This document shows, in pieces, positions 19,496-27,284 of a DNA stretch of 64,000 bases. Both the position numbers and the translations under genes were made by a program. The notes below the pieces were generated by a model. It did no database searches, was not told the origin of the DNA, and saw nothing but the letters and a program-made list of their open reading frames with translations. This DNA is from an uncultured delta proteobacterium (GTDB lineage Bacteria; Myxococcota_A; UBA9160; SMWR01). The stretch lies in NCBI GenBank assembly GCA_963832165.1, contig CAWHTE010000011.1, positions 832,001-896,000 of the forward strand. Reading direction: 5' to 3'. Numbering within the stretch: position 1 is the first letter of the stretch; the number at the start of each line of letters is the position of its first letter.

Positions 19496-20026
19496 ATGAA
19501 GCCGGCTCGAATTCTCGGACACCATGTCCATCCGATGATCGTCGTCTTTCCGCTGGGGCTGCTCTCCGCCTCGCTGATCTTCGACGGCATCTACGTCCTC
19601 ACCGACTCGGTCGTGTTCGCCGAAACCGCCTACTGGAACATCCTCGCCGGCGTGATCGGCGGGCTCGCCGCGGCGGTGTTCGGTTTCTGGGACTGGCTCT
19701 CGATCCCCCCGAAGACGCGCGCGAAGCGGATCGGCCTGCTGCACGGCGTGATCAACGTATTCGTGGTCGCACTGTTCTCGGCGAGCTGGCTGATCCGGCG
19801 TGGCGAGCCGATCCACCACGTCCCGGAATCGTCGGCGATCGCGCTGTCGATCATCGCCGTCGTCTTCGCGGTGGTGAGTGGCTGGCTCGGCGGTGAGCTC
19901 GTGGAGAAGTTGGGGATCGGTGTCGCCCCGAATGCGGGGCCGAACGCTCCGAGCTCGTTGAGCAGCCGAGACGTTCCGGTGCGCCGCTCGGCACAGGGCG
20001 CGATGCGGCGCCGGACTTCACCGTAG
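19496..20026 (+). CDS. DUF2231-type membrane protein
   Basis: GH..HPM.V.FP, G..DW.SIP, H...N and GWLGGELV...GIGV motifs; AAGGAGG RBS. Confidence 0.82.
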   Translation: MKPARILGHHVHPMIVVFPLGLLSASLIFDGIYVLTDSVVFAETAYWNILAGVIGGLAAAVFGFWDWLSIPPKTRAKRIGLLHGVINVFVVALFSASWLIRRGEPIHHVPESSAIALSIIAVVFAVVSGWLGGELVEKLGIGVAPNAGPNAPSSLSSRDVPVRRSAQGAMRRRTSP

Positions 20027-20033
20027 GTTCGAC

Positions 20034-20150
20034 ATGAGAGACCACCCGATCGCAATTCTCACCGCGGCGGCATTCGTCATTGCGAGTGGAGCGGTACTCG
20101 CGGCCAGTGCGCGCGACATCGCCCGCTACTTGCGGATTCGGCGGATGTAG
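20034..20150 (+). CDS. 38-aa small membrane protein ending DIARYLRIRRM (DUF6893-like); below the ORF-track cutoff
   Basis: Translated by hand: MRDHPIAILTAAAFVIASGAVLAASARDIARYLRIRRM*. Starts 7 bp after the upstream stop. Confidence 0.7.
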   Translation: MRDHPIAILTAAAFVIASGAVLAASARDIARYLRIRRM

Positions 20151-20163
20151 GTCGCGCGGCGAG

Positions 20164-20721
20164 TCACTGCGCGGCGGGCGCGGTGCGCTCGTAGGTCCCG
20201 ATCAGCTGGGTCTCGGCGATGATGTGCCCCTGCATCGCTTGTTCGAGTTCGGCCTTCGTCGGACTGAACAGACCCGTGATCACCGTGTCGAGCGCGTAGA
20301 GCTTGTGGACGTAGCGGTGGCGTCCGGTCGGCGGACACGGGCCGCGATAGCCCGTGCGCTTCCAATCGTTCGAGCCCTGGCGTGCCTGCGGCGGGAGCGC
20401 GGATGGAACCACCGCTTCCGCGAGTCCGGTCGTATCGGGGGGCAGGTCGTAGAGCACCCAGTGCACCCAGGGCGCCTGGGGTGCCTTCGGATCCGGCGCA
20501 TCGGGATCGTCGACGATCAGCGCGAGGCTCTTCGCACTCGAGGGTACGCCGGACCACGCGAGCGGCGGCGAGCGATCCTCGCCGTCACAGGTGTGGGTCT
20601 TCGGGATCTCGCCGTCCCGCGAGAACGCAGAGGACGTCAGCTCGAGTCCTTCCTGAGCACGGATGGACGACGCGAGGACGAGCAGCAGGAGTGCGGCGGT
20701 GCGGGTCACCGCAGAGATCAT
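20164..20721 (-). CDS. YbhB/YbcL (PEBP, Raf kinase inhibitor-like) family exported protein
   Basis: SPPL.W, DDPDAP, WVHWV and GPCPP.G.HRY...LYALD motifs; signal peptide. Confidence 0.92.
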   Translation of the reverse strand: MISAVTRTAALLLLVLASSIRAQEGLELTSSAFSRDGEIPKTHTCDGEDRSPPLAWSGVPSSAKSLALIVDDPDAPDPKAPQAPWVHWVLYDLPPDTTGLAEAVVPSALPPQARQGSNDWKRTGYRGPCPPTGRHRYVHKLYALDTVITGLFSPTKAELEQAMQGHIIAETQLIGTYERTAPAAQ

Positions 20722-22076
20722 TGCACCTGAGCGCGCTCTCGGCACTTCCCGAGGTAGCTCGCCGCGAGCGCATCGAACTCCTGCACGCCGAGCTCGCGCG
20801 CATAGACGCTCACGTAGCTCTTCAAGTAGAGCGCGGCGGGCAGCCGGTCGAATCTCTCGCTCTCGATGTGGTCGAGGCTGCGGATCCGCGTCCGTTCCGT
20901 CATCTCCGTGAGCGTGAGGCCGAGCGCTTCGCGACACCGGCGCAGGTACGCACCGGGCTCGGCGAGATCGAGCGGCGGCAGCGCGGGCGCCCGCGTGATC
21001 CGCGCTGGAGACGGCTCCACCACGCGCAGCGGTCGCGGCCGCGGTGTGTCCTCGGCGATCGACTCGCGCGCGCGATCCTCGCTCTGACGGAGCAGGCGCC
21101 GCGCGAGTCCCTCGATCTGGCGCGAGAAGCGGCAATGCGGAAACGCCTGCACGGCGGGCTGCCGCTGCGACACCGCGGTGCGCACGCTCGCGTCGCTTTC
21201 GAGCGACGCGACGAGCTCGATCGACACGCCGTGTCGATCACGGCACGACGCCACGAGCTCCGGGCCGGCGCGGCGGTCCTCCACGCTCTGCACCTGGTTC
21301 ACGATCAGCATCGGCGCGAACGCCTTCGCGCACTCTTCGAGCGGCTTCGCTGCGGTCGGGTCCATCTCGCGCACGAGCGCGATCAGCTCCTGCGCCGAGC
21401 GCACGCGCCGCTTGTGGTGGTTGTCGCGCAGCCGCACGATCGCCGCGTTCACTTCCGGTCGCCGCGCCACGAAGCGCAGCGAGCGGTAGGCCGCCGCGCG
21501 CAGGAAGTGCTCCGCGTTCTCGATCGCCGTCGGCTCCGGCGTCACGACCACGAGCCCGCGCTGCGCGCGCAGGAACAGGTCGAGCACGTTGAACGCGCTG
21601 CCCGCGCCGAGGTCCAGCAGCACGTCGTCGACGTCGAGCATGCCGATCTGGCGGCTCAGGAGCTCCCGCTCGCGCTGCTTGGGATTGGCCATCTCGAGCA
21701 GCGCCTGGTGCCCGCTCACGAGCCAGAGGTTGGGCACCGAGGTCTGCACCATCACGTCGGCGAGCGACGACACCTCGCCGGTCAGGAAATGGGAGAGCGT
21801 GACGCGCGGCCGCGACGCGCCGAGCAGCGTGTGCAGGTTCGCGGCGCCGAGGTCGGCGTCGATCACCGCGACGCGGCGGCCCAGCCCCGCCATCGCGGCC
21901 GCGAGGCTCGAGGTGACGACGGATTTGCCCACGCCGCCCTTGCCGCCGCCAATCGCCCAGATGTTCGGAGCGGTCGCGGGGGCCTCGGCCGGCGCGCGGT
22001 CGGGGGTGGGTTCCGGGGCCGAGTTTCCCCTCTCCGGGGATCGCCCGCGGGCCGATATCTGAAGCATGGTCGCCAT
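20718..22076 (-). CDS. MinD/FleN-like ATPase fused to a C-terminal RodZ-like HTH domain
   Basis: Deviant Walker A KGGVGKS; DADLG.ANLH, DLGAG and PEPTAIENA motifs; C-terminal G.YLR..RE..G.TL.....RTRI...IE...Y..SY...YA..LG. Start uncertain. Confidence 0.85.
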   Translation of the reverse strand: MATMLQISARGRSPERGNSAPEPTPDRAPAEAPATAPNIWAIGGGKGGVGKSVVTSSLAAAMAGLGRRVAVIDADLGAANLHTLLGASRPRVTLSHFLTGEVSSLADVMVQTSVPNLWLVSGHQALLEMANPKQRERELLSRQIGMLDVDDVLLDLGAGSAFNVLDLFLRAQRGLVVVTPEPTAIENAEHFLRAAAYRSLRFVARRPEVNAAIVRLRDNHHKRRVRSAQELIALVREMDPTAAKPLEECAKAFAPMLIVNQVQSVEDRRAGPELVASCRDRHGVSIELVASLESDASVRTAVSQRQPAVQAFPHCRFSRQIEGLARRLLRQSEDRARESIAEDTPRPRPLRVVEPSPARITRAPALPPLDLAEPGAYLRRCREALGLTLTEMTERTRIRSLDHIESERFDRLPAALYLKSYVSVYARELGVQEFDALAASYLGKCRERAQVQ

Positions 22077-23583
22077 GGGAGATCCCCTGAAGGGTTCGGG
22101 CGATTGGCTGCGCGGCGTCGTGACGCTCCTCACGTCACGAGCCGGCAAGTTGCGAGCTACCCGGATCCTGAACGTCGCCGTACCCCTGCTGGCGTTGATT
22201 GCGGGCGTCGCGCCCTCCTCGATGTCGCCGGCCAGGTCCGCGGGCCGACCCTCGGTCGTGCTGATCACCGTGGATACGCTGCGCGCGGATCACCTGGGCT
22301 CGTACGGCTTTGCGCTCGATGCGAGCCCCCAGATCGACCGGTTCGCCGCCCAGGGCGTGCTGTTCGAGCGCGCGATCGCGGGCGCGAGCGCGACGGCGCC
22401 GTCGCACGCATCGATCCTGAGCTCGCGCTTCACGCGCGAGCACTCGATCGGCTTTCGCAACGGCGACACCCGGCTCGGAGGCGTTCCGACGCTCGCAACC
22501 GTCTTCCGCGACGCCGGCTACGCGACCGCGGCCTTCGTGAGCAACGTGGTGCTCCGGCGCGGCCGCGGGTTCGAGACCGGCTTCGACGTGTACGACGACG
22601 ACGTGCCCGTGGCGGAGCTCAACCGCAGCGAGATCCACGAGCGGCTCGCGCCGCAGACCACGGCCGCCGCACTCGCGTGGCTCGAGAGCCGGCGCGACCG
22701 GCCGTTCTTCCTGTGGGTGCACTACCAGGATCCGCACGGCCCGTACGCGCCGCCGCCCGACTTCCGCGGGCGCTTCCACCTGCCGCGCCGAACCGATCAG
22801 CGGCCGCTCGCCGTGCTCGCGGACAACTCGGGGCAGGGTGGGATCCCCGCCTATCAGGTGCTGGGCGACCTGCGTCACCCGACCGTGTACGAGGGCCGCT
22901 ACGCCGACGAGATCTTCTACGCCGACGTGTCGATCGGGAAGCTGATCGAAGCCGCGGATCGCGCGGCCGGCGCGCGCGGCGCCGTGGTGCTGCTCACAGC
23001 CGACCACGGCGAGAGCTTCGGCGAGGAGGATCGCTTCTTCGTGCACGGCGCGGCGACGACGCCCGACCTGGCGCACGTGCCGATGATCTTGCGCGCCCCC
23101 GGGCTCGCACCGGGCCGGCGCGCCGACCTCGTGCATCACGTGGACGTGCTGCCGACGCTGCTCGAGCTGGCCGGGATCTCCGCCTCCGCTCCCACGAGCG
23201 GGATCGCGCTGGGTCCGATGCTGCGCGCCGGCACGCCGCTGCCCGAGCGGACCGTCTTTACCGACATCGGCATGGAGCTCTCGGCCTATACGCGGAGCGG
23301 CTTCCTGCGCGTCTACGGCGCTCAGGCGGCGTGGCAGCGACGCGCGGACGCGCATGCTGCGCTCGCGCCGGTCGCGAAGCCCTATGCGTGGAATGGCGGA
23401 GGCACCTGGAGGGCGGAGGGCCCGCGGGCCGGACTGCCGGCCGAGGTCGCGCGCTACATCCGCACCGCGGTGCCGATGGAATCGGCCGGTGGCGTGAGCG
23501 AACAGGATCTGGAGCGCCTGCGCGCGCTCGGATATCTCGAGGTGGCGGCTTCTGACCGGGACACCCGCGCGGTAGGCTGGTAG
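22066..23583 (+). CDS. Sulfatase-like hydrolase (non-canonical TAPSH signature); true start probably downstream, near 22120
   Basis: VDTLRADH, FFLWVHY.DPH.PY, TADHGE and HVPMI motifs; C-terminal LRALGY. Confidence 0.85.
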   Translation: MVAMGDPLKGSGDWLRGVVTLLTSRAGKLRATRILNVAVPLLALIAGVAPSSMSPARSAGRPSVVLITVDTLRADHLGSYGFALDASPQIDRFAAQGVLFERAIAGASATAPSHASILSSRFTREHSIGFRNGDTRLGGVPTLATVFRDAGYATAAFVSNVVLRRGRGFETGFDVYDDDVPVAELNRSEIHERLAPQTTAAALAWLESRRDRPFFLWVHYQDPHGPYAPPPDFRGRFHLPRRTDQRPLAVLADNSGQGGIPAYQVLGDLRHPTVYEGRYADEIFYADVSIGKLIEAADRAAGARGAVVLLTADHGESFGEEDRFFVHGAATTPDLAHVPMILRAPGLAPGRRADLVHHVDVLPTLLELAGISASAPTSGIALGPMLRAGTPLPERTVFTDIGMELSAYTRSGFLRVYGAQAAWQRRADAHAALAPVAKPYAWNGGGTWRAEGPRAGLPAEVARYIRTAVPMESAGGVSEQDLERLRALGYLEVAASDRDTRAVGW

Positions 23584-23653
23584 GGATCGGGCCGCCCTCG
23601 AGTGATCGGCGCGATCTGCCGAAGCGCATGCAGCGGCCCCCCGGAGGCTCGCC

Positions 23654-24829
23654 ATGTCGCACGCACCTGAATCCAGCGTCGACCTCAAGCAGTACGACGT
23701 GAGTCCGGCGCGCGGCTTCCTGCCCGAGCCCGATCCCGAGCCCGCGCTGCCCGCGCCGCTCGCGCTGTGGCAGGAGCTCGCGGGTGAGCTGCCCAAGCGG
23801 CTCGCGGCGCAGCGCGTGCGCGCAGCGGTGCGCTCGCTGCCCCAGTTCGAGATCGCTTCGCTGCGCTCGCCCGCGGAAGAGCGCGCGGCGATGCGCGTGC
23901 TGTCGTTCCTCGGGCACGCGTTCGTCTGGGAAGGCGGCTCTCCGGAGCCCGTGCTGCCGAGGTCGCTCGCGGTTCCGTGGTGCGCGATCGCGCGCCGGCT
24001 CGGGCGACCGCCCGTGCTCTCGTACGGCTCCTATGCGCTCGACAACTGGCGCCGGTTCGACGCGCGCGGGCCGCTGCGCGTCGAGAACCTCGCCATCCTC
24101 CAGAACTTCCTGGGCGGGCAGGACGAGGACTGGTTCATCCTGATCCACGTCGAGATCGAGGCGCTCGCGGCGCGCGCACTGCGCGCCGCGCCGGGTGCAC
24201 TCGAGGCCGCGCGCCGCGTCGACGGCGCGGCGCTCACGGCGCACCTCGAAGAGGTGGCGAGCGCGCTCGAGGCGATCCTCGCGACGCTGCGCCGGATGCC
24301 CGAGCGCTGTGATCCCTACGTCTACTTCGCGCGCGTGCGCCCGTTCATCCACGGCTGGAAGAACCATCCCGCGCTGCCGCAGGGCGTCCACTACGAGGGC
24401 GTCGCGGAGCTCGCGGGCCCGCAGCGGTTGCGCGGAGAGACCGGCGCGCAGAGCACGATCGTGCCCGTGCTCGACGCACTGCTCGGCGTGGCCCACGCGC
24501 CCGATCCACTGCGCGAGTATCTCGACGAGATGCGCGGCTACATGCCGCCTCGTCATCGCGCGTTCCTCGAACACGTAGAAGATGGGGGCTCGGTGCGGTC
24601 CTCGGTGCGCGAGCTGCGCGGTGCGCGTCCGGAGCTCGCCGAGGCCTACGACGCGTGCCTGCGCTGGCTCGAAGCGTTCCGCACGCTCCATCTCGACTAC
24701 GCGGCGCAGTACATCCACGCCCAGGCCGGAGGTGGAGCGAACCCCAGCGACGTCGGCACGGGCGGCACGCCGTTCATGAAGTACCTCGCCAAGCACCGCG
24801 ACGAGACCGCCGCCGATCGCCTCGGTTAG
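23654..24829 (+). CDS. Indoleamine 2,3-dioxygenase (IDO/PrnB-like) family heme protein
   Basis: RGFLP, Y.L.NW, E.WF...HV.IE, GETGAQS, YMP..HR.FL, FR..H and GTGGT.F..YL motifs. Confidence 0.88.
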   Translation: MSHAPESSVDLKQYDVSPARGFLPEPDPEPALPAPLALWQELAGELPKRLAAQRVRAAVRSLPQFEIASLRSPAEERAAMRVLSFLGHAFVWEGGSPEPVLPRSLAVPWCAIARRLGRPPVLSYGSYALDNWRRFDARGPLRVENLAILQNFLGGQDEDWFILIHVEIEALAARALRAAPGALEAARRVDGAALTAHLEEVASALEAILATLRRMPERCDPYVYFARVRPFIHGWKNHPALPQGVHYEGVAELAGPQRLRGETGAQSTIVPVLDALLGVAHAPDPLREYLDEMRGYMPPRHRAFLEHVEDGGSVRSSVRELRGARPELAEAYDACLRWLEAFRTLHLDYAAQYIHAQAGGGANPSDVGTGGTPFMKYLAKHRDETAADRLG

Positions 24830-24861
24830 TCGAGCACTCGAGCAGTTCCTCTCCGGCATGA

Positions 24862-25114
24862 TCGTGCGGCCGGGGTGGTTGGCTTGCTGCGGCTCATGGC
24901 TCGCCGGCCTGGGGGTGACGTTCTCTCTCGCCCGAAGGGTCCGAAGCCAGCGATGGCTTCAGGCTTTCAGGTTGCCGGTCCAACCCAAGTTGCCACGAGC
25001 CCTGCGACGGCCCGTGGCCGGCTGCGCTTTACTTCGCCGCAGCAAGCCAACCACCCCGGCACTCGAACTCGTACGCCCTGGAGGCGTGAACCTCTCAGTG
25101 CGCTAGGCCGGGCG
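24862..25114. repeat. Dispersed repeat copy 1: 192-bp element with 25-bp terminal inverted repeats plus conserved linker
   Basis: 24869-24893 is the exact reverse complement of 25036-25060; near-identical to 52958-53216. Confidence 0.95.
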
Positions 25115-25250
25115 GATGATTTAGTCGCGCAGGCCCGGGCGCAGGCAAGCGGGCGTTGCGAACGACCCGTCGGGCATCGACTCGAACGCCGCGCGGCTTC
25201 CGCGTTCACTGCCGAAGCCAAGGGCCGGAGCGACAAACATCCGCCCGGCC
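25106..25250. other. Structured hairpin module A adjoining repeat copy 1
   Basis: GGCCGGGCGGATG / CATCCGCCCGGCC closing stem with internal sub-hairpins. Confidence 0.75.
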
Positions 25251-25272
25251 CGGGCAACGGACACGGTCAAAG

Positions 25273-25923
25273 TCAGCGGCGCCGGCGCCGGCGCGGGCGC
25301 TCCTCGATCGCCGTGAACAGCGCGCGGTCGAGGCCCGTGACGCCCTCCACCGCGAACGACGCCACGGCTGCGCCGACCGCGTCGAGATCGCGGATGCCGC
25401 GCCGACGTGCATGGCGGATTCCCGCGTTGGAGAGTGAGACCATGAGCGCGGCGAGCAGCTCGGCGCCCGCGAGCCCTCCCTCGCCGTCGCCGACGAGAAT
25501 CGGCCGCATGATCCGCGCGACGCGCTCGATCACCTGACGCACCGCGCGCTCGCTCACCTCGCCCGAGGGCGCCGAGGTGTCGGGCGCGAACAGCAGCTCG
25601 GTCCCGGCGGGGCGCAGCTGCGCAAACTCGAACGCGGCGCGTATGCCCAGCGACACGCCTTCGCGCAGTCCTTCGCGCTCCGCGCGATCGTAGGCGGCGA
25701 ACAGGTGGCGGGTGAGCAGCGAGGCCTCGCGCTCCACGGCGCGCGCGTAGAGCTCCTCCTTCGAGGAGAAGCGCGCGTAGAGCGTCGGCTTCGTGGATCC
25801 CGCGCGCGACGCGATCTGATCGACGCCGGTCGCGCCGTAGCCGTGCTGCGCGAACAGATCCGTCGCGGCGTCGAGGAACGCGTCTTCGGAGATCGGCCGT
25901 CTCTGGGTCGCAGGGGCGGTCAT
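25273..25923 (-). CDS. TetR/AcrR family transcriptional regulator
   Basis: N-terminal AA.DLF...GY..T.VD.IA..AG.TKPTLY.RF.SKE.L HTH. Confidence 0.92.
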   Translation of the reverse strand: MTAPATQRRPISEDAFLDAATDLFAQHGYGATGVDQIASRAGSTKPTLYARFSSKEELYARAVEREASLLTRHLFAAYDRAEREGLREGVSLGIRAAFEFAQLRPAGTELLFAPDTSAPSGEVSERAVRQVIERVARIMRPILVGDGEGGLAGAELLAALMVSLSNAGIRHARRRGIRDLDAVGAAVASFAVEGVTGLDRALFTAIEERPRRRRRR

Positions 25924-25981
25924 GCGCGCTCCGCGCCCGGGCCGCCGTTCGGCCGCCGAGCTGCGATTTTTCACTTGACTG

Positions 25982-26006
25982 GTGAGTAAAGATCATCTTT
26001 ACTCAC
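25982..26006. promoter_or_regulatory. Probable TetR operator GTGAGTAAAGAT-C-ATCTTTACTCAC in the divergent promoter
   Basis: Perfect 12-bp inverted repeat in an AT-rich gap, just downstream of TTGACT (25975-25980). Confidence 0.7.
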
Positions 26007-26032
26007 TGGTAAAGTAGCACGGAGGGCGGGCG

Positions 26033-27256
26033 ATGCGAATCCGAAGTCTCTGGCGATCGATCGGGGCAGGGGTCGTGGCGGCCTGGTTCGCGTGGGGCGC
26101 TCCCGCGGCGGCCACGATGCGCTGTGAGCTGCCGATGCTTCCGGGGCAGCCATTCAACGTCACGTGGCCGGGGGCCGTCGACCTCGACGCCGCGAAGCTC
26201 AAGCAGGCGGTCGACTATGCGGCGGCGCACCTGTCGTTCTCGGTACGCGTCTATCGCCACAACTGCCTGGTCGCGAAGAGCAGCCTCGATCTCCTGACCG
26301 AGAGCGTCCCGAACAACGTCTGGAGCACGACCAAGGGCGTCATCTCGATGCTCGCGGGCCGCGCCGAGAAGCTCGGCAAGCTCTCGCTCGACGACCCGAT
26401 CGGCAAGTACCTGCCGCAGGCCGACGCCGCCCACGCCGCGATCACGATTCGCCAGCTGCTCACGCAGAGCTCGGGCCTGCACTTCGTGTGGACGCCCGAG
26501 CTGCTGGGCATTCCCGAGAACGAGGTGACGTACACGCTCGGCCTGCCGTTCGACTATCCGCGCGGCACCCACTTCGAATACGGCCAGACCACGATCACGC
26601 TGCTCGCGCACGTGATCCAGAAGGCGGTCGGACAGGATCTCCAGGAGTTCGCGCACCAGCAGCTGTTCGCGCCGATCGGCATCCAGCGCAACTGGATCTG
26701 GTTGCGCGACCGCGCGGGCAACACGAAGGGCTGGGCCGACCTCTACATCGCTCCGGCGGACCTCGCCCGGCTCGGCCACGTGATGCTGAACAAGGGCCGA
26801 TGGCGCGACCTCCAGCTCCTGCGCCCCGAGTACGTGAAGGCCGCGTCGACGCCTTCGCCCACGAATCCCTACTACGGGTATCTGTACTGGCTGAACGCGA
26901 GCGACCACGGCTACACGGTGGCGATGCCGGGCGCGCGCGCGATCGAGAACCGCCGGATGTTCGAATCGGCGCCGCCCGATCTCTACGCGTTCGTCGGCTT
27001 CCGCGACCAGCTGATCTTCGTGATCCCGAGCCTCGACATGGTGATCGTGCGCACGGGCGAGCCCGGAAACACACAAGGCAACGAACAGCAGCTGCTCACC
27101 GCCGACTCGGGCGAGTGGCACCACGAGTTCTTTCGCAAGCTGATGTCCAGCGTCCAGGACGTGCCGTATACCGATCCGGGCCCGTACGACTGGCAGTCCG
27201 GGGACGGCCTCGTGATCGACCTCGATCACTTTATCTGGATACCGTCTCTGCCCTAG
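26033..27256 (+). CDS. Secreted beta-lactamase-family serine hydrolase
   Basis: SxxK (WSTTK), IT.RQLLT.SSG, F.Y, LF.PIG and DLARLG motifs; signal peptide. Confidence 0.88.
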   Translation: MRIRSLWRSIGAGVVAAWFAWGAPAAATMRCELPMLPGQPFNVTWPGAVDLDAAKLKQAVDYAAAHLSFSVRVYRHNCLVAKSSLDLLTESVPNNVWSTTKGVISMLAGRAEKLGKLSLDDPIGKYLPQADAAHAAITIRQLLTQSSGLHFVWTPELLGIPENEVTYTLGLPFDYPRGTHFEYGQTTITLLAHVIQKAVGQDLQEFAHQQLFAPIGIQRNWIWLRDRAGNTKGWADLYIAPADLARLGHVMLNKGRWRDLQLLRPEYVKAASTPSPTNPYYGYLYWLNASDHGYTVAMPGARAIENRRMFESAPPDLYAFVGFRDQLIFVIPSLDMVIVRTGEPGNTQGNEQQLLTADSGEWHHEFFRKLMSSVQDVPYTDPGPYDWQSGDGLVIDLDHFIWIPSLP

Positions 27257-27284
27257 CTTTCCGGGTCCATCCCGGAGGTTGGGC

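Noticed and set aside
24858..25106. 82-aa ORFs inside both repeat copies (also 52960..53208)
   Set aside because: Four of the five core substitutions change the amino acid, there is no clear RBS, and inverted-repeat structure explains the conservation better.
26033..27256. Antibiotic resistance call for the beta-lactamase-family gene
   Set aside because: It lacks canonical YxN and KTG motifs; a general serine hydrolase is more likely.
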